57,609 bases of DNA, taken from NCBI GenBank assembly GCA_030264375.1, contig JASCQW010000162.1:23718854-23776462 (forward strand). Direction: 5' to 3'. Shown piece after piece: positions 46,385 to 57,609 of this stretch. This DNA is from Carcharhinus longimanus (lineage: Eukaryota). The notes under the pieces are model-generated. The model ran no database searches. It was not told the origin of the DNA and worked only from the letters and a program-made list of their open reading frames with translations. Position 1 is the first letter of the stretch. Each line of letters opens with the position of its first letter. A program made the position numbers and the translations under genes.

Positions 46385-47720
46385 GAGCTATCTGTGCCAA
46401 TCTGTCAGGTGCAGTCTGGACTGCAATCATCCCACCCTTGAGTTGTTTTTTGGGAGAGTGATGAGTTGCGTGCCAATTTTTGGGGGTGGGTTGGGAGCAC
46501 CAACAAGCTGGTGAGCCTGGCTGCAAAGTGGGCACACCATTCTCTCAGTGCAATGGGAAACCATCCCCCTCTCCCCACCCTTCCCCCTCTCCCCACCCTT
46601 CCCCCAAGGACATCGGGACCCTTCTCTGTGGAACCTCTTGTGGCTGAAGAGTGCAGTGTGAGATTGGCATGGATGACAGTGGAACTTGGCAGTTCATGTT
46701 GTTGTTGTTGGTGCCTGAGGATCTTCTGCAGCTGTGTCTGCACGTGATTGGATACAGTGCTTTTCCAGAATGGTGATCTGCTATGCACCAGCTTGTAAAG
46801 CTCTTTTTAGGGTTGCCCCGAGACAGTTGTCCATAGAACATTTGCATCGGGCTTTGTTGTCAGCCATTTTAAGTTGAATTTTCTGGAGGGTGTTTTGAAC
46901 CCAGCATGATGAAGGACCTCATTGTTGGTGATTTTTGGCTTGTTATCAAATTCTCATGATAGACTCGGGTATCTTTGGTAGAAGCGTTCCAAAGCTTTGT
47001 GACACCTAAAACAGACCCAGCATACTATCCCATACAACAGAATGGTGAAGACTGTGGCCCAACAAAATTCAATTTTAGTCTTGAGCTGAATATCGTGTTA
47101 CTTTCAAACATGATGATGGAATTTGCAGAGGCAAAATTTTGCTTTCCTTGTGCATGCACTGATCTGTTCATCAACAGTGGCCTTAGAGAGCACAATGCCT
47201 CAGGTACACCACTTTCCTATACCCTTGAGACTGATGTCACCAACAGTTATTTCTGGTGCTTTATCATGTGTGCCTGGGGGTGATTGAAACATAATTTGAT
47301 TTGGGAAACACTGATTTGAAGACTAAAGTTTCTAGTAGCACTTAAATTTGTTTGCTCTGCATGTCTTCCTTGTGGGCAGCCAGGGAATAGTTGTTTGCAT
47401 ACCAAAGCTTTCTGCTTACTGTCTTTGTGAGTTTGGTGGAGATTGAAGAGCTTCCCCGAATGAGACCTAATGTTGATGCCTGAAAGTATGCCTCTGGTGG
47501 CTCCCTTAAGCTTTGCAGCAAAGAAGAGATTGAAGAGTTACCTTAATGCTTCTGTTCGCTGCAAAGACATCATCCATCTCACATGTCCAAACATGCATAC
47601 AGTGTGCACTGAATTTTGATGTGTCTGGACATCCTAACTTGAAGAGCAAATGCCATAGACCAGATTGACTCCCGCTCTCAAAAGTGTTACTTAAATCTAT
47701 GGACAGCATATATAGATCAT
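46385..47720 (-). mobile_element. Old RTE-clade LINE RT pseudogene
   Basis: Minus-strand MLSIDLSNTFES..GLWHLLFKLGCPD and LFNLFFAA, typical RTE RT blocks. Heavily decayed 3' part. Confidence 0.78.
46565..46605 (-). repeat. 18-nt tandem duplication, G-quadruplex-prone on the minus strand
   Basis: (ccccctctccccaccctt)x2 plus ccccc; seven runs of 3 or more C. Confidence 0.8.
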
Positions 47721-48351
47721 GATGCTGCTCTGTGTGCTTTTCTTAGAGTTGTCTTGCTTAAAATACCATATCAACTGTTCCACAATTGGCCCTAAAGCCA
47801 CACTGTGATATTATGGTGACCAATTAGGTGTGAAGTACTCCATATCAACGTGCTAATGATTGAATTATTGTTGGAACTTGTGACTGTGCAAACTAATTTT
47901 GTGTCTAATTAATGAGGATTAAACAGCATGATATGGCAAATTTAATCAAAGGGTAAATTTCTGTTCCAAACCCAATTATTGACAGTCCAATGATTCTTTT
48001 CTTTCTCCCAATCCTTGCGCTAACCCACAATTACACAACATAACTAAGCAAAAGAATGTCCTTTTTAATTCTTTCAAGGGATGAGTGGCAAGGCCAGTGT
48101 TCGTTGCCTATCCTGAATAAATCCCTGTTTAAATATTCTTAGAACTTTTATCACTTGGGATGGAAGTGTGTGACAAGTTTCCACTGCAGTTGGAACTTTA
48201 CTGGCCAAGGGATCTGTTTCAGAAGTTGCTGCTGTTCACCCATTGTTTTCATCATGGCTGCAGTTCTAATATTATTGCACCTGGCGTATTCTAGGGCTAG
48301 ACCATGTGGCAAGTGAGAAAGGAGGAATTCCTCATCTGTTACTTATTCTGT

Positions 48352-48704
48352 GGATGGCACAGTGTCCAGAAGTGGTGCTCCACAGTGCCAGAGACCAGGG
48401 TTTGATTCTGGCCCTGGGTGACGGGCTGTCTGCAGTTTGCACATTCCTGCTGTGTCTGTGTGGGTTTCCTCCAGGTGCTCTGGTTTACCCCCACTGTCCA
48501 AAGATGTGCAGGTTAAGTGGATTGGCCATGCTAGAGTGCCCCTTAGTGCCCCTCAAAAAAATGCCTAGGTTAGGTGTATTAGCCATGTTAATGTGGGGTT
48601 ATGGGGATAGGGCAGGGGTTGGGCCTCGGTGGGACGCTCTTTCAGAGAGTCGGTGCAGACTTGAAGGGTTAGATGGCCGCCTCCTGCATGCTGGGGATTC
48701 TGTG
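48352..48704 (+). mobile_element. HE1 SINE, full length
   Basis: ggatggcacagtg...cagagaccagggtttgattc...gtgtgggtttcctccaggtgctc...ggattggccatgcta...gggattctgtg. Confidence 0.92.
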
Positions 48705-49269
48705 GAACTTTGTTTTGCAACAGGATCCAATGCCACAGTAAAGAAGCAACGTTATCTAAGATCGCTTTGCTGACAGTGGTAGTAAGGACATGGAGGATGA
48801 ATGTCTCTTAATTGATAGGAGGGACAGAGTATGTTGAATGTAGGAGTTGGAAAGGGAACTTCTCTGGAAAAGGGAGAGGATCTCTGTAAAAGGAGAGATA
48901 CTGGGAGAGAGAATTTCTGAGAGTGAGTCCCTGTGGCAGTGGAGGGGTTTGAGAGAGAGTGGCTCTGGGAGAAGGTGGAGTTGAAGGGTTTTTGCCTTGG
49001 AGAAATTGAAGAGTTTTTATGGAAATGATTGTCATGTTAGCCCATTGAATTTGGCCAACTGATCTTTCCTTTTTTTTGATATTGAAAATACATCACCTGT
49101 GACATAGTGAATGCTGAACATTAACCAAAATAAAATTTTACTAACTAAAATCAAAATATTCCCAGGAGTTATCCCTGGGCTCATCTACACATTCAGTGCA
49201 ATTGACCTGTATGTTTTTGAAAACTAGTGCTCCATCTCAAGCCTTCCTTTAATCTCCAGAGTTCTTGAA

Positions 49270-50340
49270 TGTATTGTCTCCATGCAAATCCCTGTCCATC
49301 TGTATTGGAATTCCTTGCTTGAATCCCTTCAATCATGTTCGCTCCCCCCATTATAGTACTAAAACAACTCTTACAAAGTCACAAAAGACTTCCTAGTTGA
49401 TTATAACAAAGGTAAACTATCCTTCATGCTTCTCGATCTGTCTGCGACCTTCGAGAAGGTAAAGTACCTCTCATCGCCTGGCTGGGAGGACCTGCACCAA
49501 ATTGTTTTATTTGTATCTATCATGTGAGAGCCAGTGTTACCTTTCACCTCTCTTTTCATATGGCATGGTGAGAAGTGGTTAAAACTGATGCTTCATGGCA
49601 CCAGAGACCCAGGTTTAATTCTTGGGTGACAGTCTGCATGGGTATCCTGCAAGTGTACCAGTTTCCTCCTACAGTCAAAAGAAGTGCAGGTGAGATGGAT
49701 TGGCCATACTAAATTGTCCCCGAGTATCCAAAAGTATATAAGTTAGTTTGATTAGCCATGGTGAATGTGGGGTTACACATAGGATGGTGGGGAGGGTCTG
49801 GGAGTGATGCTCTTTCAGAGTCAGTTCTGAGTTGATGGGCTGAGTGGCCTCTTTCTGCAATGTAGAGATTCTATGGTCTTCATCATAAACTTGGTTCCCT
49901 GGCCACAGACTTCGTTCTTGTTTGAGGCTGCGCTAGACTGTTCGTAAAATTGAAAGAAGCTTTAAACTACATATCCGTATGAATACAAAATCTGCCTATT
50001 TTCTCCTTCATAACAGTGTCCGACTTTAACCTTGCTTCAGCCTATTTGCTGAAATCTTTACTCATTGCCATTCTTATCTCCAAACTTGATTTATCTGATG
50101 TACACTTGCCTGGTTTCTGACGTTCAACACTCCATAAACTTCAGGTAATTCAAAACTCTGCTGCCTGTATTCTAGCTCATACCAAGTCCTGCTCAGTCAC
50201 ATCACCTATGTTCGTTGACCAACATTGGCCTCAATTTTAAAATTTCATCTTTTGTTTACTACCTTCAGCTCTCCATTTTCCTTCGATTTCTGTGATCCTC
50301 CAGTTCTGGCCCAATGAACTCCCCGATGTTAATCACACTG
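49270..50340 (+). mobile_element. L2 LINE RT pseudogene, interrupted by HE1
   Basis: LLESLQS....HYSTKTTLTKVTKDFLVDYNKGKLSFMLLDLSATFE, then LHKLQVIQNSAACILAHTK and .HW. Confidence 0.88.
49560..49875 (+). mobile_element. HE1 SINE, older copy
   Basis: ggcatggtgagaagtggttaaaactgatgcttcatggcaccagagacccaggttt...ggattggccatactaaattgtcccc...tgtagagattctatg. Confidence 0.88.
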
Positions 50341-50359
50341 CCAAGAAGCTCACCAGTGC

Positions 50360-50532
50360 TCTTTAAGCAGCACATTCCGTAGTTGCTACCATCTAGAAGG
50401 ACATGAGCAGCAGACACATGGGAATGTCATCATCTGGAATTTTCCCCTATAAGTCTTTTGCCATCCTGTGTTGGGAATGTATTACTGTTCCTTCACAGTT
50501 GGGTCAAAATCCGATAACTCTTTCCCTAACCA
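50360..50532 (+). mobile_element. LINE 3' fragment (CR1-group family distinct from HER1)
   Basis: cagcacattcc..ctaccatctagaaggacatgagcagcagacacatgggaatgtcatcatctgg...ccatcctg..ttggga...tgttccttcac..gggtcaaaatcc; recognised from memory as a common shark LINE end. Confidence 0.6.
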
Positions 50533-51219
50533 GTAAAATTTGATGCTTTCTGTTTTTAATAGAAGCAGTCCTGCAATCTGTTTACCAGCAGCAATAGACA
50601 AAACTACAGGGCATAGTTGATTCAATGTCATGATTTGCGACCCTGTTTCAGCTCTTAGCAGACTATGTTTGGGATGAAGGTATAAGTTATACAGGTCAGT
50701 AATCAGAGCTTCACATGTTGCTGGCTATTTAGGTGGGCTCAGTGTTCAGTCTGCATTGTCAGAGAAACTATGGCAATAATCATCAGCTGTATTTGAGTTG
50801 GTGATGTACTAAAGGGCTAAATTAGTGATCTTTAAGCAGAAACACATATTTGATTAGTTTAATGTGAATTTATTTAATCAGAGGTGAGTCATTCTGAAAC
50901 ATTGCAGAGAGGATGTATAAATAGTTACTGGTATTTGTTGGAACTTCCTTTCTTGCAACTGTAATACTGATTCAGTAATTAAAGTATTTATAGAGAAAGT
51001 AAAAATATGAATGGGGATTAGAGTCAGTATTTGTGGACAGTCAGTTTTGGATGTCTTTCCACATTCATAATATCGTGCCAGCAAAATGTTTGTCTTTAGA
51101 AGGTGGTCTTTAGATACCAGATTTCCATGAAATATAGAAACGAAAGCACCAACAGCACTTGCAGTTATGTATATATTGCAGAACGAATGATGTCTAAAAA
51201 TAGGCATACGTATTAATTT

Positions 51220-51362
51220 TGGCTTTTAAGGAATATTTGGATAATGTGGGAAGATAGAATTGAGGAAGAAGATAACCCATGATCATATAGAATAGCAAAG
51301 CAGGCTTGGTGGTCCTAATGACCCATTAACCCCTCCTATTTTTTATATTCTTTTATTCTTGA
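51220..51362 (+). mobile_element. CR1 3' UTR, old
   Basis: gaattgagg..agataacccatgatcatatagaatagcaaagcaggcttg...ctcctattttttatattctt. Confidence 0.75.
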
Positions 51363-52651
51363 TTTCAATACTTTTCTGTCTTATTTTTACTTCTAAATCG
51401 ATGTTAATGCTCATTAGTATAGTTGAGAGTAATTCTTGTCTTTTTTGTTGACTTTTTCTAAGTAAATATTAGCTTGTATGAATGTTTTCAAATGGGATCT
51501 AATACAAAGGGTCAACCTTAGAAGAACCATTAAATAATTTCCTGAATCAGTGGTAGGTTTCCACAAGGTTCATGCTGTGACCAATGGGTCTGCTTGGAGG
51601 TAGCACACTGCTTTCACTGGGTCGCATAGTAATGTCAAGTAAGGTAACATTTCAGACAAAAGTAATGTTTTGAATGAGGGTTGCTGTGTTTGAAGGCCTG
51701 TGGACTTGATTGACTTGACTGCTCAGTGAACCTGCAACTAAAATATTACAAATCTGTAGCTTGTTTGCCAGAATTTGTGCTGTATGTGAATTTGACGGGG
51801 AATAAAACATTTAATTAGACTGTACATGTGCATATTTGTGTCCAACATGAAATGTGAATAATGTTCAGTTTTTTTGACTAGAATATTTTGCCTTCCAAAT
51901 TAAATGCTTTGTGCTTTTTAACTTCTCAATTTTTTATTTGAAATTTGCTTTGGATAGTGGGATGTATGAGAGGGTTAAAAGTCAGAACTTCATTTGTTAC
52001 ATGGTAAAAAGATTTATGTTTCTGAAAGCTCCGATGTTAAAGCAAGGCGATGTGCATTGTTTCCACTTTGTAAAGGGTCTAGTTGTAGACCAGCTGTGAA
52101 GTTGAACAAAGACTGCAGCTGAATACAAAGTTTTTTTTTGCCTGCACTGATCCATAACTCGGCCCATTCCGGAGGTTGGTGAGCAGGCAGAGCTGTGTTC
52201 CTGACCCCTGAGCACCAAAAACAGTTGACACGTGAAAGAGGAAAAAAGAAAGTCAAGATTGTCATCATCTCTTAAACTCAGACTGCAGGAACCAATTAGG
52301 AGTAAATGAGCTGAGGCTTGGTTAACAGCATCTGAAAAGGTCTCACTGCTTCTTTTGTTCCTGTGCAGCCACAGTTCCCCAGAAGGATCTCTGTAGGGAC
52401 ATGGGAGAAGAGGGAAGTGTTTTGTTTGGAGTGAAGGGCAAATTTTCTACAGAAATTTTCTTATTAATAATGCTGGCACATTTTTCTGGTGCAGCATTTA
52501 GTTTTGTCATTTTGGCTGCCTGTCAAGTACTAAGTCACCTTTAAAATGGACACTACTTTCTTCACCTACTTGGAGTCATAATTAAGTTTTTACAGAAACA
52601 AATCAAGACAGCATTATTTCTGAGCAGAAAGTCATTGTGGCTGGCATCTAG

Positions 52652-52800
52652 CAACACAGGAACAGGGTAGGTCATTCAACCTCTTGACCCTGTACCATCA
52701 TTCATAGATCATGGCTGATCTGTAGCTCAACTCCATTTATCCACCATAACTGGATTGCTCATCAAGAATCCTTCGAAATCTATCTGATTCTTCAGCCTGT
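52652..52800 (-). mobile_element. CR1 3' UTR, old
   Basis: caggaacagggtaggtcattcaacctcttgaccctgtaccatcattcatagatcatggctgatctg. Confidence 0.8.
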
Positions 52801-53029
52801 TTAAGCCAAGTGTATTCACTTTTACTTATCTTTACACCAATATAGATTGACTGAACTTGCTTGTTAAAAACAAGTGGTTGATGTTCCTCTGTATCCAAGT
52901 AGTTAATTGTTTATTCAGCCTCTTATTTGGGCAGAGGGGTGATTGTTTCCACATGCTCACTGAACCAATAAGGTCTGATTTAAATGAATTCAATCTTACT
53001 GAATTGTTCCACAGGTAAAATCCTTGACA

Positions 53030-53836
53030 ACAGACTGAGATTGAGCCAATCTGTTCACAACTTGGTGTCATGTTTGATCCATGGTGAGCCTCCAACCTCA
53101 TTCATACCGACATAAGACCGGCTACTTTCACCTCTGTACCATCACCAGTCTCCTCACCCTGTGCCACCTCATCTGCTGAAATCCACACCATTGCCTTTGT
53201 TCCCACTAGANNNNNNNNNNNNNNNNNNNNNNNNNNNNNNNNNNNNNNNNNNNNNNNNNNNNNNNNNNNNNNNNNNNNNNNNNNNNNNNNNNNNNNNNNN
53301 NNNNNNNNNNCACCATTGCCTTTGTTACCTCTAGAGTCAAATAATCCAATCCTTCTGGCTAGTCTCCCATATTCTACTCGTTGTAAAATTGAGGTCATCC
53401 AAAGCTCTGCTGTCCACATTTTAAATTGGCTAAGTCCCAGTTCCTTAGCACTCCAGTACTTGTGGACCTACATTGGCTCCCAATCAAGCAATGTTGTGAT
53501 TTTTTGAAATTCTCATCCTTTCTAAATTCCTCCATGCCCTATCCTATTTCTATAATCTCCTTCTGCTCCATAACCTTCTGAAATATCTGCACTTCTCTAA
53601 TTCTGGCTTCTTTTGCATCCCCAATTTTTAATTGCTCTACCATAGCTGTGCCTTCAGTTGCTTGGCTTCTAAGCTCTGGAATAGCTCCATACATCTCTCT
53701 CTACCTTTAAGACATTTCTTGAAACCTACTCCTTTGACCAAACTTTTGGTCCTTATGCGGCTGTGTCATATAATACCTCAATGAAGTGCTTCGTGATGTT
53801 TTACTGGGTGAAATGTGCGATATAAATGTAAGTTGT
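53030..53836 (+). mobile_element. L2 LINE 3' portion
   Basis: ctgttcacaacttggtgtcatgtttgatcc (V.NLGV.FD), AFVTSR, aaaattgaggtcatccaaagctctgctg and tail gtgcgatataaatgtaagttgtt. Confidence 0.9.
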
Positions 53837-56800
53837 TCATATTCAATTTGATTGAACTTCATGTGGAATCAGTGGTTCTTTGAGTTCTCTTGATATATGC
53901 TCTTGACATGCCTTGCATTTCAATGAAGGTTTAAATGTCATTGTTTGTACTTGATTAAAACTGTCTCTTTTGTAAATCTTCTCCTCTGATCTGTGTATTA
54001 AGTGATGAAGTTGTTGACAAATATCACATCACAAAGGTGACCTGCCTGCCTTTAAAAATGACTTCTTGGGAGCTGACCAACTCATCCCAATAAGGCCAAA
54101 ATGGTCTTAATGTTGTATGTTGAATTGAATCAGACCATCCTTTGATTACGTTTTATAACAGTTCTGTACTGAAAGTTTCACAGTAGTATGTTTCACCATG
54201 GCTTTCCATGTTTCTGGATTCATGTCTTTTAGAGTCAGTAAAGGTGGTATGTTGCATTTGCTCCAATCTTGGCAAATATCAAGTAGTTTATTTTATTCAT
54301 TCATGGGATATGGGCATTGCTGTCTAAGCCAACATTTATTAGTCAGACAATTACGAGCTGTCTTAGGCAGATAATTTGAATGATGGCAAACATTTTGGAT
54401 GGTGTAATGGCATCTAAGCTTTCTGCAAGATTAACAGTGTGAACCATGTTCAGTGCTCTGCATTTCATGATGCACATTATCGTCATGTTTTAGTTTGTCA
54501 CTCACCTTGTGTATATGCTTTTGACAAGTTGATCGTTCTTATTGCTTGAAGGTATCTGTTAGTTTATTTAGATCATTGTGCCTTTTTTTTTGCTGCTGCA
54601 TCAACCTTTTCTCTAATGCACTGCCAAAGGTCCTTTCTACCACATGCTTTGCAGAATTGATGGAAAGCTGGTCATTTCCTTCGTGCATGCAAAAGGCCGC
54701 ACCTTTCACGTCTTGCTCAGTTTGGGTTTTCTGGTGAGTGCTTCAACAGTTGGGAGGGTTATACCTAGGACCTATAAGTTTACTATACTTGCGAAATTGC
54801 TTCGTACTTCCATCCTTGAGTAGCTCTTCGATGCTATACGTTTTGGGCATGTCTAGTAAATCTTGCAGGGATGCTTCCATGGGAGTGGATCACCAACTCA
54901 ACCAGCTAGCTCTGCATTTGAAAAAAAAAATCACAGTACATAATACTTGAAATCATCAGCAGCAAGCTTTGTTCTGCTCAGAGGCAAAAGTGAAACTGAG
55001 ACTGGATCACAGGACAGTGATGGCATGCCCTGAAAGGCATATTACAACATCGCTGTCAGGTACACCATCAGTCGAAAATTCAGTGATTTAAAGTGTTGCT
55101 GTTTAGGATACTTGTTAAATAGTGCACTTAGTCCCTTTGATCCCAAGTAAATATGCTATTGATCCTTGTATTAAACTTTAAATTGATAAGTATTAGTTAC
55201 CTAGCTGTTAGGATCCATTCTACTGACTAACCTTTAAGTTTCCTACATCCAAATCTGGTTTTGTCTTCCTGCTTCTGAATGTTGGAAATTATTTTTAACA
55301 ATGACTTCAGTCTTCAGGCTTCCTAAAGCATTGTCTATGGATACAGCATTTAAAATTTAGTATGACATAGTTTCTGACATTGATCAGGCTAGGAACATGT
55401 TCAATGTTTGTGTACAAGCGCTACTACAGTTTATTCAACTATTTGAAACTTAATTCAAATATATCCTGAGCAGTCCTTTAATCTGTTTTAGGTATTGGAA
55501 GAGTCCTTGTTTTGTCCAGTACTCAGTCTGTTGTCTTTGTTCCTGGTGGCCAAATCTATCTGCACTTCAAATGTTAAGGGAAAAAGAATGCCATCATTGA
55601 ATTTCTGGAACAGGTTGCAGTAAAGAGTGCTTTGTACTAGGATGTTGCACACATTAGAGGTGCTTTTATATTGTGTTAATGTTGCCAGATTCCTGAAGCT
55701 TAAATGTTGTGCAATCAACTGTGAGCCAAATGTGAAATTACCAAGAATAAGACTAATAGCCCGGAAGTCCAGTTTAAAATGGATCTTCACAGCCACTGAC
55801 CTTGGCATGCCTGGCAGTTTTAAATTTGATTTGTAGCTGACTGCACATGATCGTCACTTTGGGAATCGAGTGACATTAAAAAGAGTGCTGTAGAAGTCCC
55901 TTTTTAAAAAAGGAAGTGAATGCTGTAGTTGGAAAGACTGAGTCTTCAGGGCCTTTGCCAACCTTATTTTTATGGCTTGAGTTTATACTGAATTGTCAAG
56001 ATCTTGTTTGTTTTTAGCTGCAGCGACCCAACATTGAGTTTGAACCTGTAAGGAATGGTCAGTGACTACCCCCCAACGTATCTCTCTGTCATCTTTAAAC
56101 AGCCCATGTTCTACTCTGCTAAAATTTTGTTCGTAGTTGCACATCGAAGGACCGTTGCTAGTTTCACACCACCTTCTGCAATCAATGCATATCCATTTGT
56201 AATCTATTTCCTTATTTTAATATCCTTCCCCTACTGCACTCAATATAACGTTATTTGTAAGTTCAACTGTACTATCAATACCCCACTCTATATTGTTAAT
56301 AAACATCATATGCAGAAGGGAGCACCGAACTCAATTTGGACCCCATTGGAGAGCAGCCTTGACATTCAGGACTTAAAGTGCAACAGGAGGTCTCTACTAA
56401 TATAATCAGTATTTCGTGTTTGCTGGACTTCAAATTAACACTTCTTTCAACCAGTCTGCCTAGTCCTTCGCGTGCTCATGTCAGCTGAGTCCACCAAATT
56501 CCTGTAAGATTTTGATATCTGTGAACACAACAAAGTTCCCAATTCATAGTGTTATAATTATCACTTGAAGTTGTTCGTGTCTGTATTCTTCAAATGAATA
56601 AGATATTTAATTATTTTAGTTTGTTGCATAATTTATCTTTCTACTGGCCAAAGAAGATTAAGAAGTTGAAGTCTCATGTCCAGCTCTGGCCTTATACCTG
56701 CGAGAGAATAACTATTTAAAGCAAGTAACTTTTAAAAGCAGAACACTGTTTCTGACCTATTCTTAGAAACCTTTAAGCAAGTCCCAGGGTTGACCTTTAC

Positions 56801-57239
56801 TGTGGCTGTTGTATGTTCAGATTTGGGTTGCTGACAGGGCATGATCTATCAGACTTTTTCATACTGCGCCTGAAACTTAAATCCTACATCCTGCTGTGTG
56901 TCAGCTTGTGTAGATTTCAAGCTCCTTAAATTTATAGAAGCAGGTGATTTACTTCAGAGTCTGGTTACAGGGTTACATTCACTCCAGCTGTAGTATCATG
57001 TCAACCCATCAACTTCATTCTTTCTTTACTCACAGCTCCTCCTTTTCCTCTTCCTGCCCCTCCTTTTCCTTCCCATTTTGTCTAGTTGTAGTGCAGAACA
57101 TCCATTAATGTGTTCGCAGGTGCTGGGGCCATAACTGCTGTCAACACCACTCAGTTTAATTTGGTAGGAGGAGCTCTGATTAAGGCAAAAAGACTACTTT
57201 GAATTTCATTCCCAATTCTCTATCTCTCCCTTTCCCCCT

Positions 57240-57535
57240 AGCATGGTGACATATTGGTTAGTACTGCTGCCTCACAGCACCAGGGACCGGGGTTCGATTC
57301 CCAGCTTGGGTCATTGTCTGTGTGGAGTTTGCATGCTCTCCCCATGTCTGCATGGGTTTCCTTTGGGTGCTCCGGTTTCTTCCACAGTCTGAAAGACGTG
57401 CTGGCTAGGTACATTGGCCATGCTAAATTCTCCCTCAGTGTACCCAAACAGGTGCCAGAGTGTGATGACTAGGGAATTTTCACAGTAACTTCATTGTAGT
57501 GTTAAGGTAAGCTAGCTTGTGAACTAATAAAATTT
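57240..57535 (+). mobile_element. HE1-related SINE with alternative 3' tail, full length
   Basis: A-box tggttag, B-box gggttcgattccc, core gtgtggagtttgcatgctctccccatgtctgcatgggtttcc, tail ctagggaattttcacagtaacttcattgtagtgttaaggtaagc..cttgtgaactaataaa. Confidence 0.93.
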
Positions 57536-57609
57536 TTTAAAAAAGTATTATCTCATTATTCTGTAACTGATGTATAACATTTTTAATCTATGCACTCTTG
57601 TGTAATAAA

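Larger units (their letters stand above)
5012..53310. other. Twelve assembly gaps (N runs)
   Basis: 5012-5111, 6997-7096, 15359-15368, 18113-18243, 19190-19199, 25346-25399, 32014-32113, 37156-37255, 37835-37921, 43211-43224, 45421-45520, 53211-53310. Six are exactly 100 N (unsized placeholders). Confidence 0.99.

Noticed and set aside
48306-48773. Longest ORF (155 aa) as a gene
   Set aside because: It reads through an HE1 SINE (LCGFPPGAL is the SINE core).
53185-53335. Duplicated caccattgcctttgtt around the gap as a TSD
   Set aside because: The copies differ at two positions and the L2 reads straight through; more likely overlapping haplotype contig ends.
57240-57310. tRNA gene
   Set aside because: A and B boxes are present but there is no full cloverleaf, and the sequence continues into a SINE body. 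The same applies to the other SINE heads.
1-57609. Prokaryote-style systems (CRISPR, operons, defence islands) or an endogenous virus
   Set aside because: No regularly spaced repeat-spacer array, no ORF longer than 155 aa and no viral motifs recognised; composition and repeats are vertebrate.

Overview
This is eukaryotic, not microbial, DNA. It is AT-rich, CpG-depleted vertebrate genomic sequence from a draft assembly with 12 N-gaps. The repeats point to a cartilaginous fish, most likely a shark (recognised from memory, not by database search): HE1-type tRNA SINEs, a SacSINE1/DeuSINE-like element, CR1/HER1, L2, RTE and Rex1 LINE fragments, Penelope-like remnants and GC-rich PIF/Harbinger-like non-autonomous elements. 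No ORF in the supplied track is an intact gene; those with recognisable motifs are broken retrotransposon ORFs. The window reads as the interior of a large-intron gene on the + strand. The best non-repeat signal is a series of very short candidate exons: 37 nt (10750), an 84-nt coding first exon (13638), 7 nt (15003), 6 nt (22628), 18 nt (24520) and 43 nt (26760). They have long AG-free polypyrimidine tracts and mutually compatible phases. I cannot name the host gene. Other points of interest are two deeply nested TE stacks, degenerate hammerhead-ribozyme cores in Penelope pseudo-LTRs, a possible SINE tail swap, and local duplications at 4.3-7.0 kb. I found no convincing wholly new biological system. 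Repeat boundaries are approximate and read by eye.
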